NCBI GenBank assembly: GCA_002747515.1
Contig: PDPP01000017.1
Location: forward strand, 4,392 to 68,391
Source: Candidatus Moraniibacteriota bacterium
GTDB lineage: Bacteria > Patescibacteriota > Minisyncoccia > Moranbacterales > GCA-2747515
Reading direction: 5' to 3'
Length of the DNA stretch: 64,000 nt
The notes beneath the pieces were generated by a model. It searched no databases, was not told the origin of the DNA, and saw only the letters and a program-made list of their open reading frames with translations. Below, piece by piece: positions 48,485 to 57,578 of the stretch (positions within the stretch are counted from its first letter, which is position 1; the number at the start of each line of letters is the position of its first letter). Position numbers and translations under genes: made by a program.

Positions 48485-49306
48485 ATGTTTATGTTGCAAT
48501 TTTATCAAGAACTTCCATCGCATCTTAGTTCAACTGTTTTTACGATTGGAAATTTTTCGTTGTATTGGTATTCTGTGATGTGGATTGTTGCATTTGCTGT
48601 GGGATACACACTTTTGATTTATCGTATAAAAAAAGGCGAAGGTTCATATAACAAAGAGTTTATCCAAAATATTGTAATGTATGGTTTGATCGGTGCGATT
48701 ATCGGTGGGCGAATTGGATATGTGCTTTTTTATGATTTGCAGTATTATATCGCACATCCATTGGAGATCGTATCGCCATATAGTTTTTCTTTGGGGGAAT
48801 GGGTTGGGATTTATGGAATGAGTTATCATGGTGGACTTATCGGTGTGATTGTCGCACTTATGTGGACTGTGCACAAAGATAAGAAAGATGTTTTGGAAGT
48901 TGGTGATTTTGTTGCGCCTGTTGTACCAATTGGTTATTTTTTTGGTCGTGTGGGTAATTTTATGAATGAGGAACTCTTTGGACGTGTGACAGAATCAGCT
49001 TTTGGGATGTATTTTACTGGTGAGACAGCATTGCGGTATCCATCACAGTTATATGAAGGGTTTTTTGAGGGGATTGTGCTTTTTTGTGTCTTATGGAGTA
49101 TACGAAATAAAAAATATAAAAAGGGTACACTGAGTGCACTATATCTACTTGGCTATGCAATTACACGGTTTTTTGTGGAGTATTTTCGTGCGCCAGATGA
49201 GCATTTGGGATTTGTGTTTGGTGAATGGTCAATGGGACAGATTTTGTCGATTATTATGTTTTTTGCAAGCGGGAGCTTTCTTTTGTGGGTTTATAAAAAA
49301 CAGTAG
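48485..49306 (+). CDS. lgt: Prolipoprotein diacylglyceryl transferase
   Basis: GGRIGYVLFYD, YHGGLIGV and the Lgt signature FFGRVGNFMNEELFG. Confidence 0.8.
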   Translation: MFMLQFYQELPSHLSSTVFTIGNFSLYWYSVMWIVAFAVGYTLLIYRIKKGEGSYNKEFIQNIVMYGLIGAIIGGRIGYVLFYDLQYYIAHPLEIVSPYSFSLGEWVGIYGMSYHGGLIGVIVALMWTVHKDKKDVLEVGDFVAPVVPIGYFFGRVGNFMNEELFGRVTESAFGMYFTGETALRYPSQLYEGFFEGIVLFCVLWSIRNKKYKKGTLSALYLLGYAITRFFVEYFRAPDEHLGFVFGEWSMGQILSIIMFFASGSFLLWVYKKQ

Positions 49307-49445
49307 TTAGTGAATTGGATCGTGTGATGAGGTGATAAAATTTGAGTGAATTTGTATTTTGTCAGGTGTGGGAGGATATAGAGTCGAAATAGATATATAG
49401 TGAAATGTTATAGTACAATTTACAAATTCATACATTTAAAAAAAA

Positions 49446-50846
49446 GTGTGTTATAATTTATCTCGTATGGATATAAAAAGCAGTCACTTGCAGAAATGTG
49501 TGAGTGGCGAATACAAAAAAAAGCAACGGATTAATACGGATGGGATTTCTAGAAAAAGACCACAGAAACAAAAAGTGTCTTTGGATGGGTTTCGAAATAC
49601 GTCAGTAAAAAATGCACAAAATGTCAAATATGCACATACAATTCTGTTAAAGGATTTAAATGTGTGTCGTCGTACAGCAGTGGATCCTGAGCGATATATC
49701 AGAACGCAGAGACAGAGACAACACATGTATCGCGCACAATATGTAGCACAAACACAGGGACGGCGCATGGATGGTGTGAGGGTTGCAAAAACAAAAAATA
49801 CGGTAGTTACAGCAACGACAGAAAAGAAAAAGAAACAGATAAGTGTTCAAGAACGTTTTCAAAACACATACAATGCGTTTGTGGCATATCGTCGATCGAT
49901 TGGTGTATATTTTGATATACATTTCAATTTCGATCTCTCACCAACACGAATGTGGCAAGCATCTCTGGCAGGTGCGGTGATTTTTGGTATGGTATCGATG
50001 AGTTTTATCTATAGAAACTTGGGTCAGAGTGCATTTGCAAAAGAAAAAGCTGAGCGTGCACTTGCAGTTGCACAAGAAGAAAAGATTGAGCGTAGCATCG
50101 AAGACGTTGAAAGTGTTGAGAAAGGAGAGCAAGATGAAGAGAGAGATGAGAAAGAAGATGAGGAAAAAGGTAAAAATAATGTAAAGGAGAAGGATAAAAA
50201 ACCAGAAGAAGAGAAAATTGAGGAATCTGAAAATGTCGTAACAAAATCGGTGGATAGCGTAACAAAAAAAGAAAATACCGATAAGAGCGTGAAAAAAAAG
50301 ACGCAGGAAAAAACAGAAAAAAAAGAAGTAGTGAAAAAATCAATTGATAGTGTCGTGCAAACAAAGGAAAGTACGGAAGACGAAGTGAAGGAGGTCAAAG
50401 AAAAATTAAAAGAAAAAACACTAAAAGAAATCGCATATGAAACAGTGGAGGGATATCCGATTGAAAAGATGTTGCCATATATCCTCGAACAAGACCCTGA
50501 GGTAGCAAAATATTTGATTGCAATTGCAAAACAGGAGAGTGGATGGGGTAAACGCGTACCAGTGCTTAATGGACAAGATTGTTATAATTACTGGGGATAT
50601 CGTGGAATAAGAAAACTCATGGGAACAGGTGGACACACATGTTTCAATAGTCGTAAAGATGCAGTAGAAACAGTCGGAAAACGTCTCAATGATTTGATTT
50701 ATGAATACGACCGCACAACTGCAGAGCGTTTAATCGTATGGAAGTGTGGAAGCAGTTGTGCTGGACATTCACAATCTGGTGTAGATCGTTGGATTGGTGT
50801 GGTGGGAGCATATTATGATAAATTATCACAAAAAAGTCGGAAGTAG
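49446..50846 (+). CDS. Membrane-anchored protein with a basic N-terminus, a Lys/Glu-rich coiled region and a C-terminal glucosaminidase (GH73/FlgJ-like) type domain (putative peptidoglycan hydrolase)
   Basis: TM helix ASLAGAVIFGMVSMSFIY. C-terminal AIAKQESGWGKR resembles the (A)xESGWG motif of mannosyl-glycoprotein endo-beta-N-acetylglucosaminidase domains. The start codon is uncertain. Confidence 0.4.
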   Translation: MCYNLSRMDIKSSHLQKCVSGEYKKKQRINTDGISRKRPQKQKVSLDGFRNTSVKNAQNVKYAHTILLKDLNVCRRTAVDPERYIRTQRQRQHMYRAQYVAQTQGRRMDGVRVAKTKNTVVTATTEKKKKQISVQERFQNTYNAFVAYRRSIGVYFDIHFNFDLSPTRMWQASLAGAVIFGMVSMSFIYRNLGQSAFAKEKAERALAVAQEEKIERSIEDVESVEKGEQDEERDEKEDEEKGKNNVKEKDKKPEEEKIEESENVVTKSVDSVTKKENTDKSVKKKTQEKTEKKEVVKKSIDSVVQTKESTEDEVKEVKEKLKEKTLKEIAYETVEGYPIEKMLPYILEQDPEVAKYLIAIAKQESGWGKRVPVLNGQDCYNYWGYRGIRKLMGTGGHTCFNSRKDAVETVGKRLNDLIYEYDRTTAERLIVWKCGSSCAGHSQSGVDRWIGVVGAYYDKLSQKSRK

Positions 50847-51102
50847 AGATGTGTGTTTTAGAAAAGTGAAAAAGACAAGTTTTTTCAAAACAGGTCTTTT
50901 TCTTTTTATGCCTATTTTTAATTATTTTTTATCAAAAATATTAAAACCATATAACAATGCGGTCTCTAGCTGTGGATAATAAAGGGTTTGCAAAAAAGAT
51001 AATTATGGTACAATGAGTTTGTATCATGGTGTAACTTGCGGTCGAGAAGGTTATACAAATGGTACGCATATATATGTTTGTAAATAAATAATTAAAAAAA
51101 AT

Positions 51103-51852
51103 ATGCAAATGAAAAAAATTATTGCAGGCACAAGTGCAATTGCACTTTCGCTTTCGATGACATCTTTCGCTCTTGCAGCGACTGACAGTGAAACGATTAA
51201 TCTCGAAGTAACAGTACAAGACACTCTATCAATGGATTGTTTTGATATAGCTGACAATGATGGAACAGTTACACTCGGTGGTGCGGCAGGTGCAGGTATT
51301 GTATCAGCTGGTTCACCAGCAATTGGTCAATCACGATGTTCAGTAACAACAAATGATCAAAACGGATATTATCTTACAATTGTAAATTCGACTACAGATG
51401 AGGCAGGTACTACAGATGTATTACAGCATCAGTTACCGGATACTTCATGGGTTTCAATTGATGATGATGTGGCAGGAGCATTGCAGCCATACGAGTATGA
51501 TTTAGTTGGTGGAAATGTGTGGGGTGCTACTGCACAAAACTGGGCATCAACTATAACAGGTCTTGGTTTTACTGTAACAGCTGTTCCAGACACGACGAAT
51601 GCAAGCGCTGCGGATGATCTTTGGGCTGATGGTGGATTGAGTACATGTACTACCGCTGCAACAGATAGTGGTAAGTTTTTTGCAGTACCTGATACAGCAC
51701 AGACAATTACAGCAGTGCCAGTTTATCTATCTGGTACAACGCATACAGATGTATGTTATAAAGTTGATGTGCCGACAACACAACAGTCAGGTGATTATGC
51801 TGGTCAGGTGACATATACAGCAACAACAAGTGCAGCTGCGTATCATAACTAA
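51103..51852 (+). CDS. Secreted Thr/Ser/Ala/Gly-rich surface protein (hypothetical)
   Basis: Signal peptide MQMKKIIAGTSAIALSLSMTSFALA. Low-complexity composition typical of a surface protein. No anchor motif recognised. Confidence 0.45.
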   Translation: MQMKKIIAGTSAIALSLSMTSFALAATDSETINLEVTVQDTLSMDCFDIADNDGTVTLGGAAGAGIVSAGSPAIGQSRCSVTTNDQNGYYLTIVNSTTDEAGTTDVLQHQLPDTSWVSIDDDVAGALQPYEYDLVGGNVWGATAQNWASTITGLGFTVTAVPDTTNASAADDLWADGGLSTCTTAATDSGKFFAVPDTAQTITAVPVYLSGTTHTDVCYKVDVPTTQQSGDYAGQVTYTATTSAAAYHN

Positions 51853-51960
51853 GAGAGTTATTTGGAGTTAATATGTATTCTTGCCCTCTTCACATTTCTG
51901 CTATGTGGAGAGGGTTCTGAATGTATTAATTGTGTAATAATTTGTAGTATAAAACAGTGT

Positions 51961-52941
51961 ATGAATAATGTGATTTATAGGTTTTTTGGTGTTTTTTTGA
52001 TGGTGGGGTTGTGCTTTTTAGGGCAAAGCGTTTTTGCTGATGAAGTGGAACCAGACCCAAATGATGGAATTCCTGATAGTGGGATACAGATTTCGCCGAC
52101 AAAATTTGTATGGACTCTCAATGATGGAGAGGTGAAAACAGGAAAAGTTGTTGTAAAAAACTATTCTGATAAAGAACAATATATCACGATGGAGGTGGAG
52201 GACTTTTTTGTCCAAGCAGATGGAAAAAGTACTCAATTGTATGTGCCAGATGCAGATCATGAGCTCAAATCTCTTGATGTCATCGACTGGTTTACAGCAC
52301 CTAATGCGACCAAGCTTGCACCTGGAGAATCAAAGTCTGTGGAATTTACTGTGCGCGTACCAGATGGGCAGCCGACAAATGGATATTATGGCTCGCTTTT
52401 GTTTCGTGCTAGTGACGATCCTGGTGATGGAGATAAATCGCGCATTGGAATTAGTTATCGCATTGGTACACTTGTGATTATGACGGTACAAGGAGATCAG
52501 CCATTGGAAACCAATGGAGAGATTCAAGAATTTTACTCTGAAGAAGACGTGTACTGGGAATCACCAGTGCAAGTGGTTGCGAAGATAAAAAACACGGGAA
52601 ATATCCACTTTCCACTTCTTGGAGATATTGAGATTAAAAAGTTTGGTAAAAAATTTCATGAGATTAAAATAGAGCCACAGTTGCTTTATCCAACAGCAGA
52701 TGCGACGTTTATCCGAGAGCGTATGGATTTTGGTATATGGGAATTTGGGAAGTTTGATGCACGATTTGTAGCATACTCGGAGGATAAAACTGTACAGATG
52801 GAGGGTGGCACATCGTTTTGGATTATTCCGTGGAAGGGAAGTGCGATTATCATTGGTAGTCTCATTGGATTTTTCATCATAACAATACTGTTTAAGCGGT
52901 ATGTGCATATTGATATCGGCAAGAGGGAAAAGAAAGGATAG
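51961..52941 (+). CDS. Cell-surface protein with an N-terminal signal peptide and a C-terminal TM anchor plus basic tail (DUF916/DUF3324-like architecture)
   Basis: ATG 51961 gives the signal peptide MNNVIYRFFGVFLMVGLCFLGQSVFA. The ORF-track start 51862 is TTG with a non-signal N-terminus. C-terminal IIIGSLIGFFIITILFKRYVHIDIGKREKKG. Confidence 0.45.
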   Translation: MNNVIYRFFGVFLMVGLCFLGQSVFADEVEPDPNDGIPDSGIQISPTKFVWTLNDGEVKTGKVVVKNYSDKEQYITMEVEDFFVQADGKSTQLYVPDADHELKSLDVIDWFTAPNATKLAPGESKSVEFTVRVPDGQPTNGYYGSLLFRASDDPGDGDKSRIGISYRIGTLVIMTVQGDQPLETNGEIQEFYSEEDVYWESPVQVVAKIKNTGNIHFPLLGDIEIKKFGKKFHEIKIEPQLLYPTADATFIRERMDFGIWEFGKFDARFVAYSEDKTVQMEGGTSFWIIPWKGSAIIIGSLIGFFIITILFKRYVHIDIGKREKKG

Positions 52942-53101
52942 TTTTTTGGAAAACATAAAAAGAAAGAGTAAGTTTTGTCAAACTACTCTTTTTTGTTATC
53001 AGTGGTTATTCTGAAAAATGCGAGATAGCATATCTAATATAAAATTTTTTGTTTTTTTGATAAAAAATGCCAGTTTATGTGATATTTTCCATAAATAAAA
53101 A

Positions 53102-53135
53102 AGGATAGATTTGTGGTCTATCCTTTTTGATTTTT
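53102..53135. terminator. Bidirectional rho-independent terminator
   Basis: aaaaa-ggatagatttgtggtctatcc-tttttgattttttt. It lies at the 3' end of the minus-strand phosphohexomutase gene and downstream of the plus-strand surface-protein genes. Confidence 0.55.
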
Positions 53136-54479
53136 TTAGCTTCTGATAATTGCAAGTAATTCATCACGTTTTTCTTCCATGAGTTTTTGCGTTTTTGCTT
53201 CGCAGTTGAGACGGAGGACCGGCTCTGTATTTGAAGCACGAACGTTAAACCACCAGTCAGGGAAATCAACTTTTATACCATCGAGCTCTGTAATGATGCC
53301 GTCAGAATAGGTATTTCTGAGCGTGGTAATCACTGCGTCTTTATCTTGTACTTCTGAGTTAATTTCACCACTGTGTGCATAGCGTCGAAGATCAGATACG
53401 AGTTCAGAAATCTTTTTTTCTGTCTCTGCCATGAGATTGAGCAATGTAAATGCTGCGAGCGTACTAACCTCGCCATTTTTGTTTGCTTGGAAATAATAAT
53501 GTCCAGAGAGTTCACCAGCAAAAAGTGCGTTTTCTTCACGCATTTGTTCTTTGATAAACGCATGTCCGACACGACATTCATGTGCAACACCATTATTTTC
53601 CTCGATTATTTCTTTGACTGCACGTGATGAACGGAGATCATAAAGAATTGTTGCACCTGTATTTTCTGCGTTTTCTAAAAGAACCTTTGCGATAAGTCCT
53701 GTTGTGAGATCCATGGGGATAATCTCGCCGTTTTCATCGATAAATCCGATACGATCAGCATCACCATCATAAGCGATACCAAGATCAGCATTTTCTGCGA
53801 TAACTTTTTCTTGTAATTCTTCTAGTGTTTTTGTGTTGAGTGGATTTGCCTCGTGCGCATTGTATGCATTATTGAGATCACAATAGAGTTGGACAACTTC
53901 AAAGTTCTGCGGGAAATGCTTCATGTAAAATGGTAGCTCTAAGACACCCATTGTATTGGCACAATCTACAACAATCTTGAATTTTTTATCACCAAATTGT
54001 GCAAATTTACTGAAATATGCATAATATTTTTCTTTGATATCTTGATGTGAAACGATACCTTTTTTCTCTGCTTTGGCAAATTTTTCTGCGATGACAGCGT
54101 CGCGGATTTCATTGAGTCCGCTTGTGCTACCAACTGGTATGGCATTTTTGCGACAGATTTTTATCCCGTTGTATTCACCAGGATTGTGAGATGCTGTTAC
54201 AGCGATTGCGCCATCTACATCAAGGTGATGTGAAGAAAAATACAACATCGGTGTTGTGACCATGCCAAGATCAATCACATCACATCCTGCATCAGTGATT
54301 CCGTTGATCAGTGCGGTGTGTAATGATGGTCCAGATTTTCGTGCATCATGTCCAACAGTAAGTACTTTTGCATCGAGTTCTTGCACTGCTGCACGACCGA
54401 TTTTGTATACTGTTTCTTCGTCGATATCACTTGGATAAATACCACGAATATCGTATGCCTTGAAAATTTCTTTATTCAT
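53136..54479 (-). CDS. Phosphohexomutase (phosphoglucomutase/phosphomannomutase family; possibly a GlmM-like phosphoglucosamine mutase)
   Basis: Phosphoserine loop TASHNPGEYNGIK. N-terminal FKAYDIRGIY and the Mg site DGDADR. Substrate specificity is not determinable from sequence alone. Confidence 0.75.
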   Translation of the reverse strand: MNKEIFKAYDIRGIYPSDIDEETVYKIGRAAVQELDAKVLTVGHDARKSGPSLHTALINGITDAGCDVIDLGMVTTPMLYFSSHHLDVDGAIAVTASHNPGEYNGIKICRKNAIPVGSTSGLNEIRDAVIAEKFAKAEKKGIVSHQDIKEKYYAYFSKFAQFGDKKFKIVVDCANTMGVLELPFYMKHFPQNFEVVQLYCDLNNAYNAHEANPLNTKTLEELQEKVIAENADLGIAYDGDADRIGFIDENGEIIPMDLTTGLIAKVLLENAENTGATILYDLRSSRAVKEIIEENNGVAHECRVGHAFIKEQMREENALFAGELSGHYYFQANKNGEVSTLAAFTLLNLMAETEKKISELVSDLRRYAHSGEINSEVQDKDAVITTLRNTYSDGIITELDGIKVDFPDWWFNVRASNTEPVLRLNCEAKTQKLMEEKRDELLAIIRS

Positions 54480-54687
54480 AAGCGAATTTTATTATGGTTT
54501 TAGAATGGCTATATTGATATTATAAGGGTAAAATGAAAAACTGTGCAATTATTTTTGATTTTTATGAATAATCTGTACAAAACTTTTGAGGTAGAGATGT
54601 ACAAGGTGTTTTTGTGAGTGTATTATTTTAATTTGACAGAGATGCTTTTGTCAGTCACACTTTAGATGTAAGAAAAAAACAAAAAAT

Positions 54688-54900
54688 ATGCGAAAAAGTT
54701 TGAGAAAATTACGCAAAACATATCATAATGGGTATGTGGTCGTGGTTGCAGTTGCAATTGTGATGTTTTGGTATGGAATGCTTGGAATTTTAGAGACATT
54801 TCTTTTTCCAAATAATAAAGTGTTGAGCTATGCGATCGCACTTACGTTGGGATTATTTGTGTTATTTGTGAATGATTTTAAATTAGATGAGTTAGAGTAA
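54688..54900 (+). CDS. Small hypothetical membrane protein (2 TM)
   Basis: ORF of 70 aa with two hydrophobic helices and no homology recognised. Confidence 0.25.
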   Translation: MRKSLRKLRKTYHNGYVVVVAVAIVMFWYGMLGILETFLFPNNKVLSYAIALTLGLFVLFVNDFKLDELE

Positions 54901-55086
54901 GGTTTTTCACTAAAGAGATAGAAACTTTAACTTCTATGAGTTTCATCGTTTTTGATAAATGACAAAATTCATGACGTATGAAATCTTTTGAGATATGGAT
55001 GTTTACTCAAAATAAGGTGTCTTATTTATAGTACATATATTGTAAAAGTTCATATCTACTAAAATATATAATTTTTCTATAAATAT

Positions 55087-55752
55087 ATGAAAAAATATGT
55101 AATTTGTGATTTTGATAGCACGATTGTTTCTATCGAAACACTTGATGAACTAGCAAAGTTTGTCATGCATAAATCAGAATACAAAGCAGATCTCACGCAA
55201 AAGATTGAAGAAATCACAGAAATGGGTATGCAGGGAAAGATTAGTTTCTCACAATCGCTATATATGCGTCTCGATCTCATGCATTTACATAAGGATGATA
55301 TCGAGGAATTCAAAGATCGTGTGAAAAATGCGATTACGGTATCGGTGGATAAGAATAAGAAATTTATTGAAAAAAACCGTGATAACATGTATGTTGTATC
55401 TGGTGGTTTTCGTGAGCTAATTACACCAGCAGCTGTGAGTATTGGGTTCAAAAAGGAAAATATTTTTGCTAATGATTTTGTATATGACGGCAAAGGGTAT
55501 GTGACAGGGTTTGATGAGAATAATTTTCTTGCTACTACTCTTGGAAAGGCAAATCAGGTTAAACAATTGCAATTGGAAGGATGTGTGATTATGGTAGGAG
55601 ATGGGTGGACAGATTATGAAGTAAAGCAAGAAGGTGTAGCAGATTGTTTCGTTGCATTTGCGGAACATGTAGAGAGAAAAATAGTGGTGCAGCATGCAGA
55701 TTGTGTAGCATATGATTTTGATGAGGTTATTAATTTTTATAAAAAAGTATAA
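55087..55752 (+). CDS. HAD-family phosphatase, phosphoserine phosphatase (SerB)-like
   Basis: Motif I DFDST, motif III/IV MVGDGWTD. The overall length fits HAD subfamily IB. Confidence 0.6.
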   Translation: MKKYVICDFDSTIVSIETLDELAKFVMHKSEYKADLTQKIEEITEMGMQGKISFSQSLYMRLDLMHLHKDDIEEFKDRVKNAITVSVDKNKKFIEKNRDNMYVVSGGFRELITPAAVSIGFKKENIFANDFVYDGKGYVTGFDENNFLATTLGKANQVKQLQLEGCVIMVGDGWTDYEVKQEGVADCFVAFAEHVERKIVVQHADCVAYDFDEVINFYKKV

Positions 55753-55754
55753 GT

Positions 55755-56807
55755 ATGGGATTGCAGGTAGGAATTGTCGGATTACCAAATGTGGGTAAGT
55801 CAACGCTTTTTAAAGCAATGACAAAAAATCCTGTAGATATCAATAATTATCCATTTTGTACAATTGAGCCAAATGTCGGTGTTGTAGAAGTACCAGATGA
55901 AAGACTAAGTCAGCTGGCGCAAATGTCAAAAAGTGAAAAGGTAGTACCGACGGTGATTGAGTTTGTTGATATTGCAGGATTGGTTAAAGGTGCATCAGAA
56001 GGAGAGGGATTGGGTAACAAATTTCTTGCAAATATTCGTGAAGTAGATGCAATTGCACAGGTAGTGCGTGTGTTTGATAATGGGAACATTACACATGTGC
56101 ATGACAGTGTGGATCCATTGAGAGATATTGAAATTATTGAAACAGAGCTTATTCTCGCTGATATGGTCACAGTGGATAAGACGATTGCACGATTGGAAAA
56201 ACTAATTCGCGGAAATGATAAAGATGCAATTGGTCAATTGGAATTAGTTAAAAAAATAAAGAAAGCGCTTGATGCTGGAGAGTTGGCGCGAACTGTATTG
56301 TTTGACAGAACACATGAACCGAGTAAAAGGATTGTACAGGAAATGAGTTTGCTTACTATAAAACCGATTATGTACATTTATAATGTATCTAATATGGATG
56401 CAGACCTTGATGAAGAGCTGGAGAAAAAACCACATGTGAAACTTGATATCAAGATTGAAGAAGAATTGATGGAAATGAGCGTAGAAGATGCTCAGGAACT
56501 TGGGATACAGTCACATCTCGATGATGTAATCACAGAAGCATTTGATTTACTGGGACTGCAAACATTTCTCACAACTGGTGAAAAAGAATCACGTGCATGG
56601 ACGATTAAACAGGGTGCAACAGCCCCAGAAGCTGGAGCAGTAATTCATAATGATTTCAAAGAACGATTTATCCGAGCGGATATCGTGAATTGGAAAAAAC
56701 TTCTCGAAGTGGGCAGTTGGAGTGCTGCGCGTGATGCTGGCGTATTGCAAACAGTAGGAAAAGATTATGTGATGCAGGATGGGGATGTGGTGGAGTTCAA
56801 GGTTTAG
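55755..56807 (+). CDS. ychF: Ribosome-binding ATPase YchF (Obg-family GTPase)
   Basis: G1 GIVGLPNVGKST. NYPFCTIEPNVGVVEVPDERL. C-terminal TGS domain (DYVMQDGDVVEFKV). Confidence 0.85.
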   Translation: MGLQVGIVGLPNVGKSTLFKAMTKNPVDINNYPFCTIEPNVGVVEVPDERLSQLAQMSKSEKVVPTVIEFVDIAGLVKGASEGEGLGNKFLANIREVDAIAQVVRVFDNGNITHVHDSVDPLRDIEIIETELILADMVTVDKTIARLEKLIRGNDKDAIGQLELVKKIKKALDAGELARTVLFDRTHEPSKRIVQEMSLLTIKPIMYIYNVSNMDADLDEELEKKPHVKLDIKIEEELMEMSVEDAQELGIQSHLDDVITEAFDLLGLQTFLTTGEKESRAWTIKQGATAPEAGAVIHNDFKERFIRADIVNWKKLLEVGSWSAARDAGVLQTVGKDYVMQDGDVVEFKV

Positions 56808-56826
56808 CAACTAATAATGAGAAATT

Positions 56827-57318
56827 GTGGAAGAAAGATTATATACAGTTTTAGATGCTCTAGGGATTCAATACGAGAAGTATGAACACCCAGCTTTTGC
56901 TTCATGTGATGCGTCAGGAGATTATTATCAAAATCATGATATGGGTGTGGATTGTCGGAATAGTTTTATGCGTAATCGTCGTGGGAAAAAACACTATCTT
57001 GTAGTAATGAAGAAAGAGAAAAAGATTGATATTCCACATCTTGCTGCATTTCTCGGTGAAAATAAAAAAATGGGTTTTGCATCAAAAGAGCGATTAGAAA
57101 AATATCTTGGACTCACACCTGGATCTGTGACGCCATTTGGAATTTTGCACGAGAATGCTTGTGATATTCCACTTGTGATAGATAATGACATATTTGATCA
57201 TGAATATGTGCATTATCATCCATTGCGTAATACAGCATCGCTCAAGATTACAACAAAAGACTTTAAAAAATTTCTCGATATGATCAATCGAAAAGTTTTC
57301 TATTATGAGGTTAAATAG
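56827..57318 (+). CDS. YbaK/ProX-like aminoacyl-tRNA deacylase (trans-editing domain protein)
   Basis: HPAF..C; KHYLVVM; GLTPGSVTPFGIL is typical of the YbaK/ProX family core. Confidence 0.45.
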   Translation: MEERLYTVLDALGIQYEKYEHPAFASCDASGDYYQNHDMGVDCRNSFMRNRRGKKHYLVVMKKEKKIDIPHLAAFLGENKKMGFASKERLEKYLGLTPGSVTPFGILHENACDIPLVIDNDIFDHEYVHYHPLRNTASLKITTKDFKKFLDMINRKVFYYEVK

Positions 57319-57445
57319 CAGTTTGTAGCACAAGCAGTGTTACTTTTTAGATAATAATTAGTTATTGATGATTTTTGTTTTTTATTACACGATGATGTGT
57401 AATGATGGTAAAAAGTGGATTGATTTTTTATGATAGTTTAATATA

Positions 57446-57473
57446 TTGACAAATAAAAAAAATTGGATACAAT
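57446..57473 (+). promoter_or_regulatory. Sigma70-type promoter for groEL (TTGACA-N16-TACAAT)
   Basis: ttgaca at 57446-57451, a 16-nt spacer, then tacaat at 57468-57473. It lies directly upstream of the CIRCE element. Confidence 0.5.
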
Positions 57474-57483
57474 AATGAAGGAA

Positions 57484-57510
57484 TTAGCACTCTCTTGTTT
57501 AGATTGCTAA
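57484..57510 (+). promoter_or_regulatory. CIRCE operator (HrcA binding site)
   Basis: TTAGCACTC-N9-GATTGCTAA against the consensus TTAGCACTC-N9-GAGTGCTAA, one mismatch. Confidence 0.7.
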
Positions 57511-57578
57511 TGTGCCTTGTCGGCACACAAGTTCTATGTAATAAATGTATTATTAAATAATTAACTTTATATTGGGTT

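Noticed and set aside
57320-57578. groES gene upstream of groEL
   Set aside because: No ORF of suitable size on either strand lies in the 260-nt interval. The interval contains a promoter and CIRCE instead. Minus-strand ORF 57428..58099 is a shadow of groEL.
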